Of a stretch of DNA of 64,000 nucleotides, positions 49,121 to 59,000 are shown piece by piece. Source of the stretch: Candidatus Thalassarchaeum betae (GTDB taxonomy: Archaea > Thermoplasmatota > Poseidoniia > Poseidoniales > Thalassarchaeaceae); contig PSPG01000004.1 in assembly GCA_003193925.1 (NCBI GenBank), forward strand, positions 110,863-174,862. The letters are read 5' to 3'. Both the position numbers and the translations under genes were made by a program. Below the pieces are notes generated by a model. It was given only the letters and a program-made list of their open reading frames with translations. It was not told where the DNA came from and made no database searches. Positions within the stretch are counted from its first letter, which is position 1, and each line of letters opens with the position of its first letter.

Positions 49121-49975
49121 ATGGCGAGGAGATTCAGACTGCGTGCTGTTCCGGGTGCTGGCGAGGAAGTTGGCGAATCGCCCAAGTTAATCGATCGCAG
49201 GGAATTCATGCGGCACTCGTTCAACACCGCTGCTGGAGTAATCACCATGGCCAGCCTGGGAGCTGTGGGATTCGCCTCCCTGCTGATGGGCCAATCCGAA
49301 GCCGACGGGGGAGACTCAGCCCTCCGTTTTTACGTGCCAAGCGGTGCTGAGGACTCGGCATGGTACGGCGACCGGCACCTTGAGCCGATGTCATACCAGT
49401 CCTTCGTCGATGCCGCTGCCTCCTCTACGACAGGGATGTCGGGGGCATCGGGAGTATGGTCCGGGCTGCCCGTGAATGTCCTGTACGTGCCACATACTGA
49501 GAACGCACAGGCCGCCTTGGTCGAGAACAAGCCGCGCTTCCAATTCATGGACGGGTACAACGAGAGCGGGGCCTACGTCGGCTCGGGCTACGAGGTGGAC
49601 GAGGACCCGGCTTACGAGCTACTTTCGATTCACGATAACATGATCGTCACATTCGGCCGATGTCCCCACCTGTGCTGCATCCCGGGATGGCAGTTGGTGC
49701 TCAACGACTTCACCAGTGACCAGTGGAATCCCGGAGGGGTCGATGCCGGTGGCAACAAGCTGTTTTGCATCTGCCACTCGAGCCGGTACGACCCTACCGT
49801 GATTGAGAAGAATCGGAACCGGAACAGATTGAACGGGACTGAGTTCGACTACATAGGAATCAAGCGCACCGGAGGTCCCGCCCCAGTCGGGATGCCTCTG
49901 ATTCCCTTCGTTGTGAATGGGGATATCATCGAGGCTCTGGATGACTTCAAGGACTGGTACACGTATTGCGATTAG
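49121..49975 (+). CDS. Rieske [2Fe-2S] protein
   Basis: Tat-type anchor DRREFM; boxes CPHLCC and CICHSSRY; GGPAP. Confidence 0.9.
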   Translation: MARRFRLRAVPGAGEEVGESPKLIDRREFMRHSFNTAAGVITMASLGAVGFASLLMGQSEADGGDSALRFYVPSGAEDSAWYGDRHLEPMSYQSFVDAAASSTTGMSGASGVWSGLPVNVLYVPHTENAQAALVENKPRFQFMDGYNESGAYVGSGYEVDEDPAYELLSIHDNMIVTFGRCPHLCCIPGWQLVLNDFTSDQWNPGGVDAGGNKLFCICHSSRYDPTVIEKNRNRNRLNGTEFDYIGIKRTGGPAPVGMPLIPFVVNGDIIEALDDFKDWYTYCD

Positions 49976-49984
49976 GGTGGGAAA

Positions 49985-50851
49985 ATGATTCAGTTCTGGT
50001 TCTTGTGGCTCTTCATCGCGATAGTGGTCGTCCTGGTCGCATTCACGCTTCGCAAGGAGAGGGACGACATGCCTAGGACCGACATCCTGCGCGCTGTCGA
50101 GAGCAGTGCTGGCAGCATGGGCCTCGCAGAGAAGGCCTTTCTCTGGGCCTTCTCATGGCTCGACACGCGGTTCAGGATCCAGGACTACTGGGGCATGAGC
50201 AGGGACGCCTACCACCACATGCACCGACAGATGCCACTGACTCACGCGGAGAAGTACAAGCTCCGGATCATCTGGTACTGGTACCCGCTGTACTGTCTCG
50301 GCGGGATCTCCTTCCTCGCATTCGTCATCCTGATCATCTCGGGCACGATTCTTGGCCTCTACTACGTTCCGGGAGGCGAAGGCACCCCGTCCCCTGCCTA
50401 CCTCAGCATGGAGTTCATCATGGTTGAGTTACCGTTCGGCTACATCATCAGGTCGATTCACCATTGGGGGACCCACTTCATGGTGGCATCGGTGTTCCTG
50501 CACATGTGTAGGGTGTACTTCACGGGGGCCTACCGCAACCCCCGGGAGTTGAACTGGCTAATCGGCGTCTCTTTGATGTTCTTCACAATCTTCTTCGGAT
50601 ATTCGGGCTACCTGCTGCCCTGGGACAGCCTCGCCTTCGGTGCGGCTACCATCGGCATCAACATGGCCAACTCCACCCCGTTGATCGGAAGCTGGGTTGC
50701 CAATGCCTTGTTCGCCGGCACGACCCTTTCGGCACAAACCGTCATTCGAATGTACTTCCTTCACGTGTTCATCCTACCCGTGATCGTGACCGCGCTTATT
50801 CTCGCTCATCTGTTCATAGTCTGGGTTCAGGGGATAGCGGAGCCGCATTGA
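49985..50851 (+). CDS. petB: Cytochrome b6-type subunit
   Basis: YCLGG, RSIHHWG, FLHMCRVY, RELNW, SGYLLPW, FLHVF..AHL, QGIAEPH. Confidence 0.92.
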   Translation: MIQFWFLWLFIAIVVVLVAFTLRKERDDMPRTDILRAVESSAGSMGLAEKAFLWAFSWLDTRFRIQDYWGMSRDAYHHMHRQMPLTHAEKYKLRIIWYWYPLYCLGGISFLAFVILIISGTILGLYYVPGGEGTPSPAYLSMEFIMVELPFGYIIRSIHHWGTHFMVASVFLHMCRVYFTGAYRNPRELNWLIGVSLMFFTIFFGYSGYLLPWDSLAFGAATIGINMANSTPLIGSWVANALFAGTTLSAQTVIRMYFLHVFILPVIVTALILAHLFIVWVQGIAEPH

Positions 50852-50863
50852 GGGGGTTATCGG

Positions 50864-53647
50864 ATGAGCATGATCGACAGGTTCGGGAGGATCGCTGACA
50901 CCTACATCAGCGAGAGAGACCAACTGCTCGAAGCCGAAGAAGAGAGGCGCAGGGTGTTCGTCGGACACCCCTTCTGGCCTACCGAGGTGCTGCGTGACAG
51001 CATCATACTGGCTTCTATGATGGCTGTCATCGCGTTCTACTCATGGATAATCCCCCCTCCACTCCACAGCGCGGCCGATCCGTTCGCCCAAGCCGGCTTC
51101 GTGTTCCCCGACTGGTACGTGCTGTTCTCCTACGGATACCTGAGGTGGGGCGAGTATCTGCCTCAGTACGTGATTCCAGCCGGGCCCATAGGGGCGTTCT
51201 TCGGCACACCCGTGATAGCATGGAACGCCGGTTGGTGGGGCGCCTTCCTGACCGGCGTCCCAGTGGGCTTGCTCGCTCTGCCACCGTTCCTCGGAGGGAG
51301 GGAGAAGCGTGGTGTCGAAGACCCTTGGTTCGCAACCGCCGGTGCCGTCTATATCGCTCACGTCTGGTTCATCTCGGTGTTCTCGATCAACATCTTCCTC
51401 GACCTGTACTCGAAGGACCTAAGCAACCACTGCTGGGCCAATTCCCATAGCGCCCTGTTATGCGGGAGGCAAGCCCCATGGACGGCCGATGTGTTCAACG
51501 CAGTACCTTGGGTGCTGACCGGCATCTTCGTCTTCGCCATCGTCTACTTCGGAGTGAGATGGTTCACACTCAATTCGATAGGCGCTAGGCTCAATCCGAA
51601 GATGGGCAGGCAGATTGCGATAGGCTCCCTGGTCGCAACGGTCCTGATCTCCGTCGTGACATGGCCGATCTACGATGACGGCTTCTGGGACTACGGCGGC
51701 CTCGGCGCGATGGATGAAGTGGAGGAACTGGACACCATGAGGGGGCAGCCATCGGATACCCTCGTGCACCCCGGCAAGGGCAATGCATGGGCAGAATGGG
51801 AGGACGATTGCCTGCCCTACTCCGAGACCCTGGGCCTCGCAGTGTGGGATGACTTGAGCGAGGACGACGATGCCGACGACTGGTGTGTCATAGCTGCTGC
51901 GCATTGGGTCAATTGGAAGATCTACCAGCCTACGCGAACCACCCTGATCGACTTCGCGGGTGACAACGGGCATGCTGACTCCGAAATCGGCAGGAATGCG
52001 GGGGGCATGGACATCACGTATGTTGGCAACACGGATGGATCTTCGGTGGTAATCACCGAGAGCAGGACATTCGAGGTCGAGGACCTTGGCGTCGCCAGCG
52101 TGCCTGCGGATGTCGGCTGCAACTTCAGGACGAGTGTGCGCGGTGCGGGGACTCAATCGCAGAGCGTCTCCCTGACCGACGAGTCCGGCAGGGTCCTGTG
52201 GCAGAACGAGGGTGGCTCATGCCAGTCCACCACGCTATACCTCCCCTCGGGCTCGAGTTACACCGTGAGCTTCTCATCGACTTCCGAAGGCGTGAACGAG
52301 TCCGTGTCGATGATTGCCGGCTTCTCCGCCGTTGCATACCAGCCCCTGCTTATCGATGATGACGGTACTGCGGTGGTTCGCTCAGAATCATCCCTGAGTC
52401 TGGAAGAGCTCGCCACCCTCTCGCTCGAGAATCCCACTTACCACAAGAACCCAAAGGCGTTGGATGCCAAGCTCATCTACAGCCTGTTCATCCCGTGCTT
52501 GGGGGTAGGCGCGATCGTCTTCCTAGTCATGCGGAGCATGGCTCGCGGGTACGAGTGGGAGATGAACAAGTGCTACGGCTGCGACCTGTGCGACGACGCC
52601 TGTCCGGTTCGCCTGTTCAACGCGGGAGACAAGTTGAACATCATCTACAACACCTGGAACAACGAGGATGACGGGGTCCCGCTGTACTCCTGTCTGACCT
52701 GCACCGCCTGCACCAACGCCTGCCCGCAGTTGGTCGACTACGACGTGTACGTGGACATCCGCCGCAGCCTGATCGTCGGCGGACCGCCCGCCGCGGAGAT
52801 ACCCCACACTCTGCTCCAGGCTGTGCTCGCGGCTGAGGCGGAGGAAGACGCTGATGAGGCGTTCGTCTCAGTAGAGGACTACCCCCTTGACTCCAATGTC
52901 GGGTACTACCCGGGCTGTGTCGACTACATCGACCAGGAGATGATCTTCAGCCACGTCAACGAGGGCACGATGGACCTCGGCGAGACCACGACCGCGGCCT
53001 TCACCCTGTTCGAGGAGATGGGGCAGGAGGTAACCTACCTCGGTCGCGACTTCCTGAAGTGCTGTGGCCATGACCAGAAGTGGCAGGGACTGTCCGAAGT
53101 ATTCGAGAAGCTCAAGGCATACAACACGAAGAAACTCAAAGACAGCGGCATCGACACGCTCCTGACCTCTTGCGCCGAGTGCTTCCGTACTTTCGCGATG
53201 GACTACGAGCTGGACGGCATGAAGGTCATGCACACCACCGAGTACCTGATCGAGAAGGGTTTCGACATGGACCTAGCTGTCGATGACGAAGTCACCGTGA
53301 CTTACCACGACCCCTGCAGGCTCGGCCGACAGATGAACCTCTACGACAAGCCCCGCGACCTAGTGCGGGCTGTCGACGGAGTCAACCTGGTCGAGATGGA
53401 GCACTATGGCGAGGACGCAATGTGCTGCGGGGTCTCCAGCATGATGGCCTGCAACGAGAACAGCAGGGCTCTGCGCCTGCAGCGCTTCGACGAGGTCAAT
53501 GCGACGGGCGCGGACATCATGTTGACGACCTGCCCGAAGTGCGTGGCGCACTTCGAGTGCCTGAAGTTCGAGGGCGACCCCCGGCACGATTTCGAGATCC
53601 TAGACGTGGTGAGCTTCCTCGCCCGCCAGGTGAACTCCAGGAAGTAG
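50864..53647 (+). CDS. Cytochrome b subunit IV fused to HdrC-like 2x[4Fe-4S] and HdrB/D-like CCG domains
   Basis: PFWP, ADPF, PDWY; CYGCDLCDDACP, CLTCTACTNACP; YYPGC, CCGH, TSCAEC, YHDPC, CCG, TCPKC. Confidence 0.88.
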   Translation: MSMIDRFGRIADTYISERDQLLEAEEERRRVFVGHPFWPTEVLRDSIILASMMAVIAFYSWIIPPPLHSAADPFAQAGFVFPDWYVLFSYGYLRWGEYLPQYVIPAGPIGAFFGTPVIAWNAGWWGAFLTGVPVGLLALPPFLGGREKRGVEDPWFATAGAVYIAHVWFISVFSINIFLDLYSKDLSNHCWANSHSALLCGRQAPWTADVFNAVPWVLTGIFVFAIVYFGVRWFTLNSIGARLNPKMGRQIAIGSLVATVLISVVTWPIYDDGFWDYGGLGAMDEVEELDTMRGQPSDTLVHPGKGNAWAEWEDDCLPYSETLGLAVWDDLSEDDDADDWCVIAAAHWVNWKIYQPTRTTLIDFAGDNGHADSEIGRNAGGMDITYVGNTDGSSVVITESRTFEVEDLGVASVPADVGCNFRTSVRGAGTQSQSVSLTDESGRVLWQNEGGSCQSTTLYLPSGSSYTVSFSSTSEGVNESVSMIAGFSAVAYQPLLIDDDGTAVVRSESSLSLEELATLSLENPTYHKNPKALDAKLIYSLFIPCLGVGAIVFLVMRSMARGYEWEMNKCYGCDLCDDACPVRLFNAGDKLNIIYNTWNNEDDGVPLYSCLTCTACTNACPQLVDYDVYVDIRRSLIVGGPPAAEIPHTLLQAVLAAEAEEDADEAFVSVEDYPLDSNVGYYPGCVDYIDQEMIFSHVNEGTMDLGETTTAAFTLFEEMGQEVTYLGRDFLKCCGHDQKWQGLSEVFEKLKAYNTKKLKDSGIDTLLTSCAECFRTFAMDYELDGMKVMHTTEYLIEKGFDMDLAVDDEVTVTYHDPCRLGRQMNLYDKPRDLVRAVDGVNLVEMEHYGEDAMCCGVSSMMACNENSRALRLQRFDEVNATGADIMLTTCPKCVAHFECLKFEGDPRHDFEILDVVSFLARQVNSRK

Positions 53648-53722
53648 CTACCCGAACGCGTAGTCGCGGAGTCTCCTGCATCAAAGTGGCGGCAGGAAGC
53701 ATACATTGAGAATAGGTACGCC

Positions 53723-54067
53723 TTGGTAGGGGTTGTGACGGAGATACCCGACCTGCTTGCGCGGCGTGCGGCTGAGCAGAGCCGTATCAGGATGATGCTC
53801 AATTCGATGCGCGCTGAAGAGGAAGCGATGATCAAGGGGGGAGAAGAGGCTGTGGCATGGGTCAAGAAGGAGTTGTGCATAGGCTGTGACCAATGCACCA
53901 TTGTGTGCGATGACGACGCCATCGAGCTCTATGACACACCGATGGCGAGTCCCATCATGGATGTGGATGTCAACAGGAAAGCGAAGATACTCCGTGACGA
54001 GTGCACCGGTTGCAAGCTATGCGTCCTAGGGTGCCCCACCGATGCGATAATCATGATTGACAGGTAG
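53723..54067 (+). CDS. 2x[4Fe-4S] ferredoxin
   Basis: CIGCDQCTIVC and CTGCKLCVLGCP..AI. Confidence 0.88.
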   Translation: MVGVVTEIPDLLARRAAEQSRIRMMLNSMRAEEEAMIKGGEEAVAWVKKELCIGCDQCTIVCDDDAIELYDTPMASPIMDVDVNRKAKILRDECTGCKLCVLGCPTDAIIMIDR

Positions 54068-54075
54068 GCGGGACC

Positions 54076-54390
54076 ATGGGCGAGGAGGACCCCATCAGAT
54101 TCGGTGCCGAGTTCGGCCCGAAGAGGACCGCGAGATCCAGCGGAGTGTCGCTTTCGACATTCAAGACCCTGGTATGGGTGTCGAACATAGGGGGCCTCGT
54201 GCTCTTCGTCATCGGACTCGAGCTGATGGTCGTCCAGCAGTCGTTCTACCTCGGCCTCGCCTGCATCGTCGCAGGCGTGATCATCGCCCTGTTCCCTTCG
54301 AACTACGAGATAGTCGGCATGGAAGAGATCGAGGAGGCTACGGAAAGCCCGCCTCAGGAACTCCCCCTGGACCATGAAGAGAAGCGGTGA
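54076..54390 (+). CDS. Small two-TM membrane protein
   Basis: Two hydrophobic segments, acidic tail, operonic spacing. Confidence 0.6.
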   Translation: MGEEDPIRFGAEFGPKRTARSSGVSLSTFKTLVWVSNIGGLVLFVIGLELMVVQQSFYLGLACIVAGVIIALFPSNYEIVGMEEIEEATESPPQELPLDHEEKR

Positions 54391-54893
54391 TTATGCAGCA
54401 GGACGGCGTGAGAGCAATCGAAACCCCCCTCGGAAGGATGGTGGCAGTAGCAAGCGAGACTGGGCTGACCAGTCTTGGCTGGAGTGATGAGAATGAGAAC
54501 GGCTCGACGGTTGGAGAGGGTCACATCGAAGTCGCCAGAGAGTGGGTAAGGGCGTTCTTCGAGCGCCGTGCTGCCCCACTCCCGGAACTGGATCGCTCAG
54601 GGCTCACCCACTTCCAGGACTCGGTGCTCGGAACCCTGTCCGAAGTCGCTCCGTTCGGTGAGGTGGTCTCCTACGGCGGCTTGGCCTCTGCCACTGGCTC
54701 GAGAGGTGCCAGCAGAGCGGTCGGCTCGGTGATGGCAAGCAACCCATGGGCTCTCCTGGTGCCCTGCCACAGGGTTGTGCGCAGCGATGGCAGAGTGGGT
54801 AACTACAGCGGCTGCGAGGGCAGGTCCAGCAAGATGTGGCTGCTTGGTCATGAGGGCCACCATTTCGACTCCGAACAGCGCCTAGTCAGATAG
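54387..54893 (+). CDS. ogt: Methylated-DNA--protein-cysteine methyltransferase
   Basis: ETPLG, SYGGLA, RAVG, NP..LLVPCHRVV. Confidence 0.93.
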   Translation: MIMQQDGVRAIETPLGRMVAVASETGLTSLGWSDENENGSTVGEGHIEVAREWVRAFFERRAAPLPELDRSGLTHFQDSVLGTLSEVAPFGEVVSYGGLASATGSRGASRAVGSVMASNPWALLVPCHRVVRSDGRVGNYSGCEGRSSKMWLLGHEGHHFDSEQRLVR

Positions 54894-56696
54894 TCAAACA
54901 GGCCAGTCCCCGACGTCCTCGAGAAGGTCCATCAGGGGCTTGCTCGCCCTCGACTGCGGGTCGTCGGTGAAATGGATGGAGTGGAACAGCCTCATTCCTA
55001 TCGCCATGTCGGGCTGGTCTCTGAGCTGGTCGGAGAGCCTGCCGTAGCCCTTCGCCCACTCAAGCGCATGAGGAGTCAGCTCATCCATCAGCGCGCCCAG
55101 CAGCGATGGTGTTGTCGCGGTCCCTGCAGGCAGTTTGGGGCGTCGGACTATCTGTTCGGGCAGCTCGGTGAGCGCAGCGGCCTCGCGCAAGGCCATTTTC
55201 TCCGAATCCGCAGAGAGTTTCCAGCCCATGGGCAGCCTGTTGGCCTCAGCCCTGTGCTGCGAACTGAGGAAAGGCACCCTCACCTCGAGCCCGTATGCCA
55301 TGCTGTGTCTGTCTGCAAGCCTGAGTTGGAAGTTCGAGAGCTGTCCCCGGTCAATCTCGAACTGCAAGGCGGATGTCAGGTCCGTGAAATGTGAGTCTGG
55401 AGCTATCGTGGTGTCCTCCCAAGGCTGACCCGGTCCGTGCTCCAGACTTGAGTGATCCAGCCCCTGGGCCAATGAGAGCCTTTTCGAGATCAATCTGGCG
55501 TGACCAGTCAAATCACGGTAGCGAGTGTAGCCGCCGTGGAGCTCGTCGGCTCCCTGTCCGCAGAGCCCCACTGTAACGTGCCCGGACATCTCCTTGAATA
55601 GGGACTGCCAGAAGAGCACTGTGATATCGAGGTCCTCTCCGGACCACGTGAAGCGGGGTAGGCCCCTCCAGAAGGCGTCCTCGCCCATTATCTTGGTATG
55701 GTGCTTGAGCTCGTGATGCTGAGCGACTAGCTCTGCGGCCTTGAAATCGGGATTGTCCTCGCTGTCGGCCACCGTCCAGCATTCCGGAACCGGCTTCCCG
55801 GTGCTCTCGGCCGCCTGGTGAGCCAGAGCCGCAACCATGCTGGAATCGAGCCCTCCGGAGAGGACGATCCCCACTGGAACGTCCGACATCAGACGGTCCT
55901 CGAGCCCAGAGCGGAAGCTGTCCAGTAGTACCGAAGCCTGAGTCGATGGGTCCCACTCTCCCTGCGGTGCCACGATGTCCCTCGAGTATCGTGCAACGCC
56001 AGTGAGCAGCGCACGGCCCTGTGCATCCAGAGACCATGTCTCGATGGTGCCCTGGGCCACTTGCACGACGCCCTTGAACAGCGTCGTCCTGTCGAGTGGG
56101 TACTCATATGCCAGTCTAACCGCGAGGGCGTCCACATCAGGCTCGGCCCGGAAGTCAGGATGGGCGCGGAACGCCTTGACCTCTGAGGCGAAGAGGAGGG
56201 TACCATCGGGCAGTAAGGTGCGCACTAGGGGCTTGACTCCCATCGAATCCCTGCTGAGCACCAACTCACGGCATGAGGGGTCCCACAGAGCGAAGGCCCA
56301 GATTCCATCCAGTCTCGAAACCCACTCGACGTGGGCCTTGGCGGGATTGCCGGGCGAACCGCGAGTAGATTGTGAAGCGGGGCGGTGCATGGCGAGTATG
56401 GCCTCGCTATCACCAGAGGTCCTCCAAGGGTAACCAGTGCTCTGCGCGCGGAGTCGTACATGATTGTAGATCTCACCGTTCTGTATGAGGACCGCTCCGT
56501 GGTCGGAGCCAATCGGCTGCGACGAGCCTGCGATGTCGACGATAGACAGCCTAGCGTTCCCGAACGCCACGCCGCCGCTCTCGAGTTGCTCTGAGAAGAC
56601 ACCCGAGCCGTCGGGACCGCGATGGCTCAGACACGATGCCATCGATGATGCCATCGTCTGGTCGGCATGTCCGAGCATACCTGCTATTCCGCACAC
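54894..56696 (-). CDS. asnB: Asparagine synthase (glutamine-hydrolysing) family amidotransferase
   Basis: GTG-CGIAG, HRGPD, NGEIYN, LSGGLDSS, GQGADE, EVRVPF. Confidence 0.88.
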   Translation of the reverse strand: MCGIAGMLGHADQTMASSMASCLSHRGPDGSGVFSEQLESGGVAFGNARLSIVDIAGSSQPIGSDHGAVLIQNGEIYNHVRLRAQSTGYPWRTSGDSEAILAMHRPASQSTRGSPGNPAKAHVEWVSRLDGIWAFALWDPSCRELVLSRDSMGVKPLVRTLLPDGTLLFASEVKAFRAHPDFRAEPDVDALAVRLAYEYPLDRTTLFKGVVQVAQGTIETWSLDAQGRALLTGVARYSRDIVAPQGEWDPSTQASVLLDSFRSGLEDRLMSDVPVGIVLSGGLDSSMVAALAHQAAESTGKPVPECWTVADSEDNPDFKAAELVAQHHELKHHTKIMGEDAFWRGLPRFTWSGEDLDITVLFWQSLFKEMSGHVTVGLCGQGADELHGGYTRYRDLTGHARLISKRLSLAQGLDHSSLEHGPGQPWEDTTIAPDSHFTDLTSALQFEIDRGQLSNFQLRLADRHSMAYGLEVRVPFLSSQHRAEANRLPMGWKLSADSEKMALREAAALTELPEQIVRRPKLPAGTATTPSLLGALMDELTPHALEWAKGYGRLSDQLRDQPDMAIGMRLFHSIHFTDDPQSRASKPLMDLLEDVGDWPV

Positions 56697-56742
56697 GGAG
56701 GAGCGTGAAACCACCTGCCCATTATCCTGATGGAGAGGGCGG

Positions 56743-56862
56743 TCAGAAGTAAACCACGAATATCACGAAGGACACCAGTGAGGCGATGCCCCAGATCAGG
56801 ATGTAGACGTTCTGCGACAGAGGGGAATCCACTATGTCGCTGGAAATGTCCTCATCAGCCAT
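56743..56862 (-). CDS. Small single-TM peptide (39 aa), absent from the ORF track
   Basis: MADEDISSDIVDSPLSQNVYILIWGIASLVSFVIFVVYF*; fills the intergenic gap. Confidence 0.6.
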   Translation of the reverse strand: MADEDISSDIVDSPLSQNVYILIWGIASLVSFVIFVVYF

Positions 56863-56915
56863 GTTATCGGCCCGCCCAGATGAAGCCGGATTGTAAAGAT
56901 GACGGGGGGCCTTCC

Positions 56916-57569
56916 TCAGAGGAACGGACTCAGCAGCAGAAGCCCGGCCAGAGGGAACATGATCATCGTAGCGTTGTCATCGATGTACCTCACCGGAGGT
57001 AGCTCGCCTAGGACGGTCAGTGGTGCTAGGAGGATGCAGACCCACAGCGGAGTCCCCAGCCAAAAGCTGCAACCCACCCAGACGATGTAGGAAGTCGCCA
57101 TCCCCACGACAATGGCCATTTTCAGGTCGTGCTTGATACGCTTGATCTCACCCATTATCGGGTCGACGAAGGTCAGTCCGAAAATCAGCGGGAAGCCGTA
57201 CATGCCGGCCTTGATCCCGGTGCCCGAAGCGAAGGGCTCCATCCCGGTCACCAGGAGTGCGAGGCAGACGGCGAAGGCGCCCCATGCGAAGGCGGATATC
57301 TGCTTGGACTCGTACTCCCTCTGTCCCACGATCACGATGCCGAACCTCAGCCTGACGACCTCTATCGCCAAGACTGCGAAGAAGACGTAGCTGACGAGCT
57401 CGGGCAAGGTGAGAGAGAAGAAACCGGCGATGTCCTCCCCCCGGGTGTAGTAGAGTACTGGAACCAGCGACATCGATACATGGGTGAGGCGCCTGAAAGC
57501 ATGCCCTCCGAAGCCACCCACCGAGTGCTCGACGTGATCGATGTCGAACTTGATCTCTGGGTCATCCAT
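56916..57569 (-). CDS. CTP-dependent polyprenol/diacylglycerol kinase-like membrane protein
   Basis: RRLTH, REYE, VDPIMGEI, IDDN; multiple TMs. Confidence 0.6.
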   Translation of the reverse strand: MDDPEIKFDIDHVEHSVGGFGGHAFRRLTHVSMSLVPVLYYTRGEDIAGFFSLTLPELVSYVFFAVLAIEVVRLRFGIVIVGQREYESKQISAFAWGAFAVCLALLVTGMEPFASGTGIKAGMYGFPLIFGLTFVDPIMGEIKRIKHDLKMAIVVGMATSYIVWVGCSFWLGTPLWVCILLAPLTVLGELPPVRYIDDNATMIMFPLAGLLLLSPFL

Positions 57570-57583
57570 GCGCTCAACTGCTC

Positions 57584-58462
57584 CTAATCCTCGCCTAATC
57601 CAAAGATTTCGACGGCCTTGTCGAGCGTTATACTTCCGGTTTCGAGGGCGTCGATGACCTCGTTTAGACGGGAGTGCCCCAGCAAGCGGGAATCCCAGGC
57701 TGAGAGGAGGCGCTCACGAACCCTCAGGTGATCTCTGGTGCCTGAGGCCGAACATGACTCGATGGCGTCGAGCAACTCTTCGATTCCGCTCCCGTCGTGG
57801 GCCGAGACCAAGTGGACAGCGACGCCGGAATCGCCGCCTACCTCCAGCGCCGTGCGGACCGAGTCCGCAGCCTGTCGGGAATTGGGCAGGTCTGACTTGT
57901 TGATAGCCACAATGTCTGCTAACTCCATGATACCAGCCTTCTCAGCTTGGACGATGTCCCCCCTGTCGGGGCCATCGACGAGCAGGATACGGTCAGCGAA
58001 CGCCACAACTCGAATCTCCGCCTGACCCGCCCCGACCGTCTCGATGACGATCCTGCTCCAGCGGCATGCCGCTAGGGCGTCAATCATGGGCGAGAGGCAC
58101 GAGACCAACCCCCCAGGATGGTTCCTGGTCGCTAGGGAGCGTACGAAGACAGAATCGTTGGAATCGGCGGTACTCATCCTCATCCTATCGGCTAGCAGCG
58201 CGCCGCCGCTGCGCGGGGAAGACGGATCGACGGCTAGGACCGCAACGCTCTCACCCCTATCGGTCCAATGAGATATCAGCCTGCCTATCAGGGTCGACTT
58301 ACCGACCCCTGGAGGACCTGTGACACCGAGAGTCCAGGGGGACTGCTCTGGAATGTCGAACACCTCTCCGTTCTCGATCGCAGTCAGCATCCTAGCAAGG
58401 TCCCTGCGATTTCCAGATAGAGCGGAGTCCAGGAGTTCAGCAGAGTTCACCCCCATCGCCAT
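57584..58462 (-). CDS. meaB: MeaB/ArgK GTPase chaperone of methylmalonyl-CoA mutase
   Basis: TGPPGVGKST, AVDPSSP.SGGALL.DR.RM, ETVG.GQ.E, KAGIME, NKSD. Confidence 0.93.
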   Translation of the reverse strand: MAMGVNSAELLDSALSGNRRDLARMLTAIENGEVFDIPEQSPWTLGVTGPPGVGKSTLIGRLISHWTDRGESVAVLAVDPSSPRSGGALLADRMRMSTADSNDSVFVRSLATRNHPGGLVSCLSPMIDALAACRWSRIVIETVGAGQAEIRVVAFADRILLVDGPDRGDIVQAEKAGIMELADIVAINKSDLPNSRQAADSVRTALEVGGDSGVAVHLVSAHDGSGIEELLDAIESCSASGTRDHLRVRERLLSAWDSRLLGHSRLNEVIDALETGSITLDKAVEIFGLGED

Positions 58463-58893
58463 CCCGAGTTCTCGCCCACGCCCACGGGCTCGCCGCCCTC
58501 GATTCGTTGCGTGGCGGCCTCGAGGAAGTCCAGAATCTCCGAGGTTCGGGTCCCTGGGCCGAAGATCGCCCTGACTCCGTCGTCATGCAACGATTTGTGA
58601 TCCTCCTGGGGGATGATCCCACCTGCGAAGACGATGACTTCGACAAGGCCCCCCTGCCTGAGCCCCTCACAGATGGCCGGCAGGAGCACGTCATGGGCCC
58701 CTGAGAGCGTGGAGAGTCCGAGTGCTACGGCATCTTCGTCCATCACGATCCTGACGATTTCGTCGGGTGTCTTGCGCAGCCCGGTGTAGACGACTTCGTG
58801 CCCGCCGTCCCTGAGTGCCCTAGCGATGACCTTGGCGCCTCTGTCGTGCCCGTCCAAGCCGGGCTTGGCGATTACGATGCGCATTCCCATCAA
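58447..58893 (-). CDS. Cobalamin-binding subunit of methylmalonyl-CoA mutase
   Basis: AKPGLDGHDRG, LSTLSGAH, GGIIP, IFGPGT. Confidence 0.93.
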   Translation of the reverse strand: MMGMRIVIAKPGLDGHDRGAKVIARALRDGGHEVVYTGLRKTPDEIVRIVMDEDAVALGLSTLSGAHDVLLPAICEGLRQGGLVEVIVFAGGIIPQEDHKSLHDDGVRAIFGPGTRTSEILDFLEAATQRIEGGEPVGVGENSGWRWG

Positions 58894-59000
58894 TCCAGTC
58901 GAGTTAGCGGGGACCCTTCAAGCAACCGATGTGGCGTGAAAAGAATCCGCATTCGCATGGGAATGCTCATTGGCGTGGTTTTGCAATCGCGTGTTGTACT

